A DNA stretch of 32,000 nucleotides from Candidatus Saccharimonadota bacterium. GTDB lineage: Bacteria > Patescibacteriota > Patescibacteriia > 2-12-FULL-60-25. Below, in pieces: positions 10,432 to 19,383 of the stretch (positions are counted from its first letter, which is position 1; each line of letters opens with the position of its first letter). The stretch covers positions 240,001-272,000 of the forward strand of contig CP060222.1 in assembly GCA_023898425.1 (NCBI GenBank), written 5' to 3'. The notes below the pieces were generated by a model. That model saw only the letters and a list, made by a program, of their open reading frames with translations. It was not told where the DNA came from and made no database searches. The position numbers were made by a program, and so were the translations under genes.

Positions 10432-11303
10432 ATCTCAACTTGAAGAAAACGTTCACGCTCACAACGATCTTTTACGATCGTTGTTTTGCTGTCCTCGAGA
10501 TGTTTTTCGGCAAATTCTCTTAGTAAGGTTGCTTGAGGGGGATCTAATTCAAGAAGTAGTGTAATCGGTCGGTATTCGATGGTGCGCCATTCTGCCACCT
10601 GCAAGATAAGTTGCTTATTGAGCATCATGCCTTCGTCTTGTGTAAAAAGCGCGCCATGAGGCTCGTAGGACGTCACACTACGATCTAGAGCTCGCTTATC
10701 ACTCATTGGGAGATAGGGGAGATTTGCACAAATAAGAACGGCGTCACCCGTTGCGCTGGATAAGCGCGCTCGTAAATCACCTGGTAAAAGCGATGCGTGT
10801 GTAAATTCAATATTCGCTTGTAATAGAGCAGCGTTTTTCTTTGCGATAACCAAGGCTCTTTTCGAAAGCTCAGTCGCATAGACGTGCGCATTTGTTGTCT
10901 CAAGGGCCATGGTGCAGGCAATAGCACCTGAGCCTGTTCCAATGTCAATAACGATTGGCTGTTTAAAATTTTTTATGATAGTCAGTGCTGTGTCTACCAT
11001 GTCTTCTGTCTCTGGGCGGGGGATGAGAGTGTGTTTATTTACCATAAAATCTCGCCCATAAAACGGCTGACTCCCAAGGACATAAGCAAGTGGCTTACCA
11101 CGACGGCGTGCAAGTACGGCAAGATCAGCTTTGAACAGGTCAAAGAATCCGAGTGAGTCGGTTTCATGAGTGGCTGTCCAAGTAAGGTCTTTTTTTAGTG
11201 TATGCGCAAGAATATACCGCGCCTCTTGGCGAGCCGACTCAGAGTCAGGAGCTTCTTTAAGAAGAGCCTTTTGGGCTTTGTTCAACCAAGTATTAATGGT
11301 CAT
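10428..11303 (-). CDS. prmC: Peptide chain release factor N5-glutamine methyltransferase (PrmC/HemK)
   Basis: The start 'MTINTW' at 11303 forms an ATGA overlap with the stop of the upstream gene. SAM motif I is 'VIDIGTGSGAIA'. Motif IV reads 'NLPY' instead of NPPY. 'SYEPHGALF' is also present. Confidence 0.8.
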   Translation of the reverse strand: MTINTWLNKAQKALLKEAPDSESARQEARYILAHTLKKDLTWTATHETDSLGFFDLFKADLAVLARRRGKPLAYVLGSQPFYGRDFMVNKHTLIPRPETEDMVDTALTIIKNFKQPIVIDIGTGSGAIACTMALETTNAHVYATELSKRALVIAKKNAALLQANIEFTHASLLPGDLRARLSSATGDAVLICANLPYLPMSDKRALDRSVTSYEPHGALFTQDEGMMLNKQLILQVAEWRTIEYRPITLLLELDPPQATLLREFAEKHLEDSKTTIVKDRCERERFLQVEI

Positions 11304-13033
11304 TGCGCAATAGTACGCGAATTTGCTCTTCCGATAAAGGCAGTACTCATGAGGAGTGTACCGATCAAGAAGAAGGTAACGATTCGACCCGGTATAGCCA
11401 TCTCCCAAATATCTACAATTAGGAGACGCGTCACAACAAGGCCGAGCATAATACCGCCATAGAGACGTAGCGTTTTGTTTTTATGCAATTGTCCGTAGAG
11501 GTTAGTTGTAAGGCCAACCAAGGTATATATGACAAGCGAAGTCATGGTGGCAATATCAAAAGTAAGCCAAACATGGAGCACTTTCCAAAGGAGAATATAG
11601 AGATAACCCGAACCGATGATAAATACCGTTCTTATGACATGATCGGTCTCCTTACTTTTCTCAAGAAGGTATTTGAGAGCTAAACCGAGCCCGATATAGG
11701 CAGCAGCGATTATGCTGAGTGTTGATACAAGTGGAGTGAGCCCTCCTTTCATCCAGGCGGTATTCAAGATGGTGTCCAATGACATTAATGTTGGAAGCAG
11801 TAATAACCAGGTCATTCGACGAGTTACAGCACCATCTTTTTTGATGATATGTGTCGCACCAATGATAGCGAGAGCTTCGAGTGTAAAAGCAATAATGAGA
11901 ATATTACCTTCAAACTGTTGAGCGGTTGCAATAGCAAGCAAAGTAATAGCTGAACCATAGTACATCGACCAAAGCTCTTTGGTGCTACCAAATACACGAC
12001 AAGCAAATGCACAGCCTGCATAGAGCGCTGCCCAAGCAAGGAGTAGACCGATTTTCCAAGACTCTGGTGCAAGTACAAGAATCCACATCAAAAGAATGAT
12101 ATTGTTTATAAGAGCGACAAAAATATCGCTACTATGTTCGTTCTTTTTATTTTTGATATAGCTCGTAATATTAGCTGCCGCAAAAAGCGCTGCAAAGACA
12201 AAGAAGAGCGCAAGCATCATGACATTAAGGGATTCTATTCCGTTGCCACTAAAATGTACGAGGCTATAATAGACATAAACACCAAGTCCAGCCGCAACAA
12301 TGTCACGACGTTCATGAAAGTAAGCCAACCAAATAGATCCAAGTGTAATGGCCAAAAGGTATGTAAATAGAGAGAGCGGTTGTGTCTCAGGCGCTAAGGT
12401 AAGTAATGGTGCAATACCGCCCATGATAAGGCCAGTAAATGCGAGTAAAGCATTTTTTTCTTTTGCGCTCATGACAGCCACAAATGCAGAAGCCACAAAC
12501 ATCATGCCCAAGGCAATCATTGGCGTAAACATTTGATAGTAGTAACGCGCTGCAAATACCGTTACAAGTACAATGGATGAACCAAGAACAAGAAAAATTT
12601 CACCTTGAGTTCGCTCGCTCTTTAGGCGGTTGGTACCAAAGGCAGCAATACCAATACCCGCCGCAATACCAAGAATGATACGTCCCGTGGCGCTAATCCA
12701 GTCATGCAAAAAGGCATAACGGGCAAACCATCCAAAACTAATCAAAAGTAAAAAAGCACCAAGTTTTATTTGCCAATCGGTTTTTAGCCAAAGGATAAAA
12801 GGGGAATCGGTAGAAGATTTTGATTCTGATACGGTTGTATTCGTTTGAGGCTGTTCTTCTTTTGTTGTCTGAGTCTGAATAATCGCTGGCGAAGCCTGTA
12901 CCGTTGAAGGCTGTTTATAAGTAGTTTCGCTTCGCTGGTCTTTTAGTAGTGCTTCGAGGGTATTAATACGGTTACTAAGGTTAGAAACCCATAACAAAAT
13001 ACCGAGACCTAACAAAAAGAGAAGTATGCTCAT
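11300..13033 (-). CDS. DUF2339-type polytopic membrane protein
   Basis: 577 aa. The N-terminal 'LLFLLGLGILLWVSNLSNRINTLEALLKDQ' helix plus coiled segment is followed by a Ser/Thr/Gln linker and many TM helices. Confidence 0.75.
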   Translation of the reverse strand: MSILLFLLGLGILLWVSNLSNRINTLEALLKDQRSETTYKQPSTVQASPAIIQTQTTKEEQPQTNTTVSESKSSTDSPFILWLKTDWQIKLGAFLLLISFGWFARYAFLHDWISATGRIILGIAAGIGIAAFGTNRLKSERTQGEIFLVLGSSIVLVTVFAARYYYQMFTPMIALGMMFVASAFVAVMSAKEKNALLAFTGLIMGGIAPLLTLAPETQPLSLFTYLLAITLGSIWLAYFHERRDIVAAGLGVYVYYSLVHFSGNGIESLNVMMLALFFVFAALFAAANITSYIKNKKNEHSSDIFVALINNIILLMWILVLAPESWKIGLLLAWAALYAGCAFACRVFGSTKELWSMYYGSAITLLAIATAQQFEGNILIIAFTLEALAIIGATHIIKKDGAVTRRMTWLLLLPTLMSLDTILNTAWMKGGLTPLVSTLSIIAAAYIGLGLALKYLLEKSKETDHVIRTVFIIGSGYLYILLWKVLHVWLTFDIATMTSLVIYTLVGLTTNLYGQLHKNKTLRLYGGIMLGLVVTRLLIVDIWEMAIPGRIVTFFLIGTLLMSTAFIGRANSRTIAQ

Positions 13034-13074
13034 ATATTGCTACTTTGATGGAAGAATAGCTGTATTGTCAACAG

Positions 13075-13097
13075 AAAAAGCGACTTAGTCGCTTTTT
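13075..13097 (-). terminator. Hairpin terminator for the 13085-13891 gene; the stop codon lies in the loop
   Basis: AAAAAGCGAC, loop tta, then GTCGCTTTTT. On the minus strand it is followed by TTTTTCTG. Confidence 0.5.
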
Positions 13098-13891
13098 TTA
13101 TAAACGCTGATCACATTTGGTATGGGCAATACGCTATTAAATAAGGGTAGGTTTTGATCGCGTGTAAATAATCCAGTCGAAGAACCTCCATCCATATTGA
13201 GAGCGCTGTTGAGTCGATATTCTTCTCTATTAAGTAATTGTGATAACTCATAGAGTGATAGTTCTTGTTTTGCGATCACACCTAGTACAAGAAAGCCGTC
13301 ATCACGAATACCGACAAAACTTCGGCGGGCCATTTTTCCTGTGTCTTCTGTGATGACAAAATGACCATCGTAAATAAGCGGTGGATAGCTTTGTGCCGCT
13401 TCTAGCGTTCCTTCGATTGAATATTCGGTGTTGGTATCAATAATAGCTGGTTCAGGATCAAGGCGAATAACGGCACTTTTATCGGCATCAAAACGTCTTG
13501 CATTTTGTGGTAGACCTTCATGAATCAATAAACCAGCAGGGGAGTCATCTTCACGAAAATAGGCGCCATTCATCACGGCGATGAGACTAGAGGAGGTATT
13601 CATCCATTCGGCAACAGATTTGCTTGTAGAAGCAACTTCGATGGCAAAGCGAAAAATCGTTGGATCAAATGCATACATTGCGCCAATGGTGGAGGTGCTC
13701 CCTTCATTTGTGATGAGGATGGATTCAAAGCCTTGTTCTGAGGGTTGCCATTTAGGTGGATAATATTCGTTTGTCTCCTGAGTTGGCAGGTGCGTAATGG
13801 GTTCGATGGGTGGATTTTGGCAGCCAAGACCCGTTACAGAGAGCAGGAACAAGACGACAAAGAATGCGTAAAATCGAGGACGTGGTGACAT
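13085..13891 (-). CDS. Phosphodiester glycosidase family (DUF2233) lipoprotein
   Basis: 'ALNMDGGSSTGL' and 'RSFVGI..DG' motifs. I prefer the start 'MSPRPRFYAFFVVLFLLSVTGLGC' (signal peptide plus lipobox-like Cys). The longer 13939 start would overlap the divergent gene. Confidence 0.7.
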   Translation of the reverse strand: MSPRPRFYAFFVVLFLLSVTGLGCQNPPIEPITHLPTQETNEYYPPKWQPSEQGFESILITNEGSTSTIGAMYAFDPTIFRFAIEVASTSKSVAEWMNTSSSLIAVMNGAYFREDDSPAGLLIHEGLPQNARRFDADKSAVIRLDPEPAIIDTNTEYSIEGTLEAAQSYPPLIYDGHFVITEDTGKMARRSFVGIRDDGFLVLGVIAKQELSLYELSQLLNREEYRLNSALNMDGGSSTGLFTRDQNLPLFNSVLPIPNVISVYKKSD

Positions 13892-13937
13892 GGCGCTAGG
13901 GTAGACAATTTGCTCTTTTAAGGCTAGTCTCACGGAC

Positions 13938-14948
13938 ATGAATCAAGAGCTCGTGCAGATTGCCACCAAGAATATCAAGGATATTTTAACGCATGCCATA
14001 CAGAAACAGCCTACAGAAAAGGCGCTTGTTGTTTATGATACGAATTATGGTTTAACGGAGATTCTTTTAGCGGCATATCGTGAAGCATTGCCGAAAGCTC
14101 GTTTTGTAGATTTTGAAGCCGTAAGTAAAGAAGAGGTGATTGAAGCATTTGACTCCATGCAGCCGAGCGATCTTGTCGTGCTTTTACAGTCTTCAAACTT
14201 TTTGCTTGATGCCTTTCGTATCCGTCTGCACCTTTTTCAAAAAGGGTTAAAGGTTATTGAGCATATGCATCTGTATCGTAATACCGAAGATGTTTGGGAT
14301 GTGTATGTAAACGCTCTTGAGTATGACATGTCTTGGTATCGCGATATTGGTCCAAAGCTAAAAGCAAAGCTTGAGCAGACACAGGAGTTACGGATTCAAT
14401 CAGGTGATGTTGAGATGGTTGTAACGGGTGGTGTTGAGTCACCAAAATTAAATATCGGTGATTATACGGGGATGGAAAATATCGGTGGCACATTTCCGAT
14501 CGGCGAAGTATTTACCGAGGCAAAAGATTTTTCAAAAATGAATGGTTCGTTTATGGTCTACGCGTATGCTGGCGAGCAATTTTCGGTAGACATGCATACG
14601 CCGTTTCGTGTTGATGTAAAAGATGGCTTGATTGTAGGTTGGCAAGAAGACGCGCCTGAATCTTTTGCAAAAATCGTGAACACGATCAAAGAATACGAGC
14701 GTCCTTTGATTCGAGAAATTGGTTTTGGTCTAAATCGAGCCATTACTCGTGAGCGCTATCTCCAAGATATCACGGCATTTGAACGTATTCTCGGCATGCA
14801 TTTTTCACTCGGAGAAAAGCATAGTGTTTATAAAAAAGAGGGGATCACAACACATAAAACAAAGTTTCATGTAGATCTTTTTCCGCTTGTTGATAGGGTT
14901 TTTGCGGACGGGGAGCTGATTTTTTCGGAGGGTAAGTATCTTGTCTAA
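13938..14948 (+). CDS. M29 (aminopeptidase T/PepS)-like metallopeptidase family protein
   Basis: 336 aa. 'GGTFPIGEVFTEAKD' and 'GMHFSLGEKH...KFHVDLF...DGELIFSEGKYLV' resemble the conserved blocks of M29 aminopeptidases as I recall them. It is shorter than typical members. Confidence 0.5.
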   Translation: MNQELVQIATKNIKDILTHAIQKQPTEKALVVYDTNYGLTEILLAAYREALPKARFVDFEAVSKEEVIEAFDSMQPSDLVVLLQSSNFLLDAFRIRLHLFQKGLKVIEHMHLYRNTEDVWDVYVNALEYDMSWYRDIGPKLKAKLEQTQELRIQSGDVEMVVTGGVESPKLNIGDYTGMENIGGTFPIGEVFTEAKDFSKMNGSFMVYAYAGEQFSVDMHTPFRVDVKDGLIVGWQEDAPESFAKIVNTIKEYERPLIREIGFGLNRAITRERYLQDITAFERILGMHFSLGEKHSVYKKEGITTHKTKFHVDLFPLVDRVFADGELIFSEGKYLV

Positions 14949-14980
14949 AAGACCGCTTCGTGGTATAGGTTGAGATAATT

Positions 14981-15226
14981 ATGTTACTTGCAGGCTTTAT
15001 TGCTGGCATTATTTTGCTTGTGTATACCCTCGTTATTACGCATTACGGGGATGCTCTTTTAGATAGCGATGAAACCTTTAAGTTTTTTGTCAGCGGATTT
15101 TTTCTTCTACTGATCGTTACGGGAGTAATCATGAAATTTACCATACCAGGTATTGAGGGTGAAGCAGATATCTTGAGCTTAAACCAGCTCATCACTCATC
15201 CAGAAATGTTGTTTGCTACACGATAA
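14981..15226 (+). CDS. Small two-TM membrane protein; hypothetical
   Basis: 81-aa ORF with two hydrophobic helices. It overlaps the convergent gene by 11 bp. Confidence 0.4.
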   Translation: MLLAGFIAGIILLVYTLVITHYGDALLDSDETFKFFVSGFFLLLIVTGVIMKFTIPGIEGEADILSLNQLITHPEMLFATR

Positions 15227-16559
15227 AAGGGAGCGAAGAAATATCCGTTTTTGTTTCTTGTAGGTGATTGGCAATACGGAATGTCCCGTGTGTTGGTGCA
15301 ACATTAAATCCGCGCCATGCCATGGTGGCGAGATAGCCATTATTTCTCCAGTCTTGTAACCATTCCCAGGCATAGGCTGTTTCTTCTGCGCGCGCACCTG
15401 AGCCAATGGATTCAAGCCAATGACGGTTAAAATGCTCTTGTGATCCTAGAGGTTCGTTCATGATAATCGGTAGACCTAGTCCTGTATAAAACGAGAGCTC
15501 GCTTGGCTTTGTCCAAAGGACGTCACTATTACGTAAACGTTTTGCAAACCCTTCAAAATAAGCGGCGCGTGTTGTATGCGAAAAAATGAAGAGCGTTTTG
15601 TCTATTGCTTGCGTTAGGTCAAGACGAGACACCTCTTCTTCTATTTCTTTGGCGAGTTTTCGGTGAGTGCCAGCTTCTACCGCGAGACGAACCTTGCCTT
15701 CAAGTAACGGTCGTTTTAGGGCGGTTAATAAACCGATAAGTGTTTCTTGTTGTGCGCCAGCTCCACCAACTGAATAGGTGATCGTAAATGGGTGGTCGAT
15801 ATTGTGTGGATGTTTTTGATCATGAAAAATATCCTCCATATCTCTTTCGTTAAAACGATGAAAGACACCTTTTGGATCAAGTCGCTCAAGTCGCCCAAAA
15901 AGATCTTCGCGTAATTGCGTTGCTTCAAGATCATGAATGAGTGATGGTGGTAACGGAAAGCCCGTTAAAATAATACGTTCGCGTGGTACGCCATAAAGCT
16001 GAAGACGCTCAACAACGCGACCCGTTGGCGCAAAGTATTTGATACGACTTTTTCGTGGATCGAGTGGCGCCCAAGCACGAGCGATATCAGCATCACAACA
16101 AACAATATAAATATCACCGGGATAATCAAATTCTTCTGCGGCATACGCAGGCAAGAAAAATGTACTTATAAGTGGTCGTGGATCTTTGGAAAGTTTTTCT
16201 ATGAGGTGCTTACAAAGCTTTTCATTTCTGATCTGTCTATAGACTTCGCGCAATTGCAGCGTTGGCTCTGAAAGATCTCTACGTGGATAAAAAGGATCAA
16301 TACGTTGAAAGGCATCCATCGTAGCAAAAATATATTTACCAATAATAGGGAGGCTCTTTAAGCGTGATACACGTTCGTAAATACGGCGTGTACGATTCCA
16401 GAGCTTTTTATCGCTTTGAGGCATGCCTGGATAGCTATTGGCGGTAACAATATCTTCGTGGGCGAGTTCTTTTAGTCCATAAGCAGCTCTCTCATGGCCA
16501 TAGCCCATATTTACAGAGAGTATCCAAGGTCTTGTTGAAAGGTGCTTACCGCGTTTCAT
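15216..16559 (-). CDS. GT-B glycosyltransferase, MGDG-synthase/GT28-like
   Basis: The N-terminal 'ILSVNMGYGHERAAYGL' is GxGH-like. The C-terminal 'WTKPSELSFYTGLGLPIIMNEPLGSQEHFNRHWL' parallels the 'KPGG...GLP...P.PGQE..N' block of this family. Confidence 0.6.
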   Translation of the reverse strand: MKRGKHLSTRPWILSVNMGYGHERAAYGLKELAHEDIVTANSYPGMPQSDKKLWNRTRRIYERVSRLKSLPIIGKYIFATMDAFQRIDPFYPRRDLSEPTLQLREVYRQIRNEKLCKHLIEKLSKDPRPLISTFFLPAYAAEEFDYPGDIYIVCCDADIARAWAPLDPRKSRIKYFAPTGRVVERLQLYGVPRERIILTGFPLPPSLIHDLEATQLREDLFGRLERLDPKGVFHRFNERDMEDIFHDQKHPHNIDHPFTITYSVGGAGAQQETLIGLLTALKRPLLEGKVRLAVEAGTHRKLAKEIEEEVSRLDLTQAIDKTLFIFSHTTRAAYFEGFAKRLRNSDVLWTKPSELSFYTGLGLPIIMNEPLGSQEHFNRHWLESIGSGARAEETAYAWEWLQDWRNNGYLATMAWRGFNVAPTHGTFRIANHLQETKTDISSLPFIV

Positions 16560-16575
16560 GTGCGCAGTATATCAT

Positions 16576-16607
16576 AAAAACACCCCTGCGATTGCAGGGG
16601 TGTTTTT
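16576..16607 (-). terminator. Hairpin terminator after the 16606-17028 gene
   Basis: AAAAACACCCCTGC, loop gatt, then GCAGGGGTGTTTTT. This is a 14-bp perfect stem with flanking T and A runs. Confidence 0.75.
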
Positions 16608-17028
16608 ATGATGATTTTTTTACTTCGTCTTCTTTGCGCGAGTCAAAATCAATTTCTGAGACATAGCGCTCAAATTGTTGTTCGACGCGTTTTTCGATCA
16701 GTGTCTCGAGCTCATCTTTTGTTAACGTTGTTGCGGCCGTACCGAGTGTTGATTGTACCTCTTGTTCCGCGCGATGCCAGGCCCATTCTTCTGAAAATTC
16801 ACCCCAGGCATGCTCCCAGAGCTCATGTTCGATTTCATGCGTGATAGTTTGGACTTGCTCCGACGTGAGACGAAGGATTTGTTCAAAAGACATGAGCGAT
16901 GGAAGATAGACGAGTCGTTCTAATCCAAGTCGATCGCGACGTGCTTGCTCGCGATAAAATTGCGCCAAAGTGGCGCGATACAATTGCATCGCGTCATCAA
17001 ATGGAAGCTGAATCGCTACGGTCGTCAT
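16606..17028 (-). CDS. Hypothetical acidic, Trp/Glu-rich cytoplasmic protein
   Basis: 140-aa ORF, abutting the upstream gene with a 2-nt gap. I recognise no family. Confidence 0.6.
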   Translation of the reverse strand: MTTVAIQLPFDDAMQLYRATLAQFYREQARRDRLGLERLVYLPSLMSFEQILRLTSEQVQTITHEIEHELWEHAWGEFSEEWAWHRAEQEVQSTLGTAATTLTKDELETLIEKRVEQQFERYVSEIDFDSRKEDEVKKSS

Positions 17029-17030
17029 GG

Positions 17031-17507
17031 TTAGAAATCAAGTTTTTCTAGATCAGCACCCGGGTCACGAACGTTGAGGGTAAAGCATTGTCTGCCGGCA
17101 TCATGGTCCCAGGCTGGACCATAGGCGCGGTAGTCGTAGCTTTGAGTCTTGTTATTGTCTAGTTTGTTGCTAAGAGCAAAGTTCGCGCAGAGCTCATAGC
17201 TTTTTTCGTCTATTTTTTTGTATTCGTAGGTTGTTTGCGTCTCTGGGTCTTTGATTTGGTTCTCAAGGTAGCCAAGATCACGATCAAGAATAAGCGCTTC
17301 TAGCGAGTCAGGTAATTGCTGTTTGTTTTTTAAGACAAAGGAGTCCATACCATAAGAAAGAGATTGCAGGTCTGATAATCGACGGCCATCGGCGCGTCGC
17401 ATGCGTTCAGTTGCTGGCGAGTCAATCAAGAAAAGTGACGCGATAGCAACAATAACAACGACGGCAGTCGAACTAATGGCGGCGATACGATAAGGCGTAA
17501 GTTTCAT
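17031..17507 (-). CDS. Membrane-anchored pilin/pseudopilin-like protein; hypothetical
   Basis: An N-terminal TM helix is followed by 'RRADGRRLSDLQSLSYGMDSF...LPDSLEAL...DPETQTTYEYKK...YELCANF'. This pattern is common in type IV pilin-like globular domains. There is no G|F prepilin cleavage motif. Confidence 0.55.
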   Translation of the reverse strand: MKLTPYRIAAISSTAVVVIVAIASLFLIDSPATERMRRADGRRLSDLQSLSYGMDSFVLKNKQQLPDSLEALILDRDLGYLENQIKDPETQTTYEYKKIDEKSYELCANFALSNKLDNNKTQSYDYRAYGPAWDHDAGRQCFTLNVRDPGADLEKLDF

Positions 17508-17525
17508 AGATGAAAGGGACGTGGA

Positions 17526-18161
17526 TTAATCAACTTCTTTTTCTTCAGAGCGAAGATCCCAAAGGTAATAACCAAAAATGGAACCAGCGATAACGAGTAC
17601 GGTCAAGGCTTTTAAGAAGAAGCGTGCCGTAAGTTCGCCACCCAATAAGCTCGTAAGAATGGTGATCAAATCTACGATGATGGTCGTTGTTGCACCAAAG
17701 AGTGTGACATAGGTGAGCCATTTGCGAATCTTTGAGCTGCGCTTTTCTGGATTCTTAAGGATAGCTTTGCGAAGGACAGAGGATACGCCCAAGAATACTG
17801 GAAAGGCGATAATCATTGCTGACAAGGCGCCGCGAATAATGCTCGCTGTACCGTCATACCCATAGCTATAAATAGCATCAGGAAATGCACGATTAATAAA
17901 TTGAAATAGAATCGTACCGAGTGAGATAGCGCTAATATAGAGCGTCATGAAAAGCACAAGGTAAAGAAACGCTTCTTTAGCCGAGAGGTACGGTTTGCGC
18001 TTTGGTACAGCGACCGGAAAAGCGACGTCTGCGTAGGCTGCAAGAGCAGAATCAATTTCGTCTTGTGGCCAACCGCCTTTTTTTAGAGCTTCGGCGATAG
18101 CTTCACGTGACTGATCTTTTGCGAGGGACTCGCGTACGAATAATTGGAGTTCTTGATTCAT
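17526..18161 (-). CDS. DUF5671-like membrane protein
   Basis: The N-terminal soluble helix-rich domain 'LAKDQSREAIAEALKKGGWPQDEIDSALAAY' is followed by four TM helices. Confidence 0.6.
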   Translation of the reverse strand: MNQELQLFVRESLAKDQSREAIAEALKKGGWPQDEIDSALAAYADVAFPVAVPKRKPYLSAKEAFLYLVLFMTLYISAISLGTILFQFINRAFPDAIYSYGYDGTASIIRGALSAMIIAFPVFLGVSSVLRKAILKNPEKRSSKIRKWLTYVTLFGATTTIIVDLITILTSLLGGELTARFFLKALTVLVIAGSIFGYYLWDLRSEEKEVD

Positions 18162-18246
18162 ATGTCTAAACAGTAGCGCAGTTAGCTATTATCGTCCACA
18201 AGTTGAGGGTTGCGAGCCTCTTGTTGCAAGAGTACATTGCCTATCT

Positions 18247-19383
18247 ATGGATATTGCACAAAAAGCCTTAGATTTGCACAAAAAACTACGCGGAAAGATC
18301 CGTATTCAACCAACCTACGATATTCAGTCTTTAGAGGATTTAACATTAGTTTATTCTCCGGGCGTTGGCGCTGTAGCAAAAGCGATTGCCGCAGATCCAA
18401 GTCTTGTAAAAGATTATACTTGGAGACAGAACACCGTTGCTATCGTATCTGACGGAACAGCTGTGCTCGGCTTTGGTAATATTGGCCCAGAGGCGGCATT
18501 GCCAATTTTAGAAGGTAAGTCAGCCATCTTTAAGCGTTTTTCTGGTATTGATGCTGTACCTATCGTATTAAATACAACAGACCCGAAAAAAATCATCGAA
18601 GCAGTTGAGGCTATCTCGCTCTCTTTTGGCGCGATTCAACTTGAAGATATTGCTGCACCTGCATGTTTTGAGGTGGAGCGCGAGCTTTCAGAACGATTAT
18701 CTATCCCGGTGATGCATGATGATCAACACGGTACGGCAATTGTTGTATTAGCTGGTCTATTCAATGCGCTTAAAGTAGCAGACAAAAAGATTGAGGATAT
18801 TCGCGTGGTAATGAATGGCGCGGGTGCTGCTGGTATTGCGATCGCGCGCTTACTTACCAAAGCTGGCGTTACAGATCTCGTGATGTGCGATCGTACTGGG
18901 GCGATCGTTGAGGGACGCGATAATATGAATAGCGAAAAAACTGAAATCGCATCATTTACCAATCGTCAAAAGCATAGAGGTACGCTCCTTGAAATCGTTG
19001 GTGGTGCGGATGTTTTGATTGGTGTTTCTGCAGCAGGGGCTTTTACTACAGAGATGATTCAGCTTATGAAGCCAAAAGCGATTGTTTTTGCATTAGCCAA
19101 TCCCGTGCCTGAGATTATGCCAGAAGAAGCAAAAGCCGCTGGCGCTCTCGTAGTGGCGACAGGACGAAGTGACTTTGCTAATCAAGTTAATAACGCGCTT
19201 TGTTATCCAGGGCTCTTTAGAGGGATGTTGGATAGCAATGTTATTAAAGTGACGGATGAAATTAAGGTGCGTGCCGCTGAAGCGATCGCAGGATTTATTG
19301 CCGAACCTACGAGCGAGCGCGTGATCCCGACGATGTTTGAGGATGGTTTGCACGAAGCTGTGGCCAAAAGCGTCCAAGCATAG
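18247..19383 (+). CDS. NAD(P)-dependent malic enzyme (short, MaeB-N-terminal type)
   Basis: 'LSLVYSPGVG', 'VAIVSDGTAVLGFGNIGPEAALPILEGKSAIFKRFSGIDA', 'LEDIAAPACFEVE' and 'HDDQHGTAIV'. The Rossmann motif is 'VVMNGAGAAGIA'. 'ALANPVPEI' is also present. Confidence 0.92.
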   Translation: MDIAQKALDLHKKLRGKIRIQPTYDIQSLEDLTLVYSPGVGAVAKAIAADPSLVKDYTWRQNTVAIVSDGTAVLGFGNIGPEAALPILEGKSAIFKRFSGIDAVPIVLNTTDPKKIIEAVEAISLSFGAIQLEDIAAPACFEVERELSERLSIPVMHDDQHGTAIVVLAGLFNALKVADKKIEDIRVVMNGAGAAGIAIARLLTKAGVTDLVMCDRTGAIVEGRDNMNSEKTEIASFTNRQKHRGTLLEIVGGADVLIGVSAAGAFTTEMIQLMKPKAIVFALANPVPEIMPEEAKAAGALVVATGRSDFANQVNNALCYPGLFRGMLDSNVIKVTDEIKVRAAEAIAGFIAEPTSERVIPTMFEDGLHEAVAKSVQA

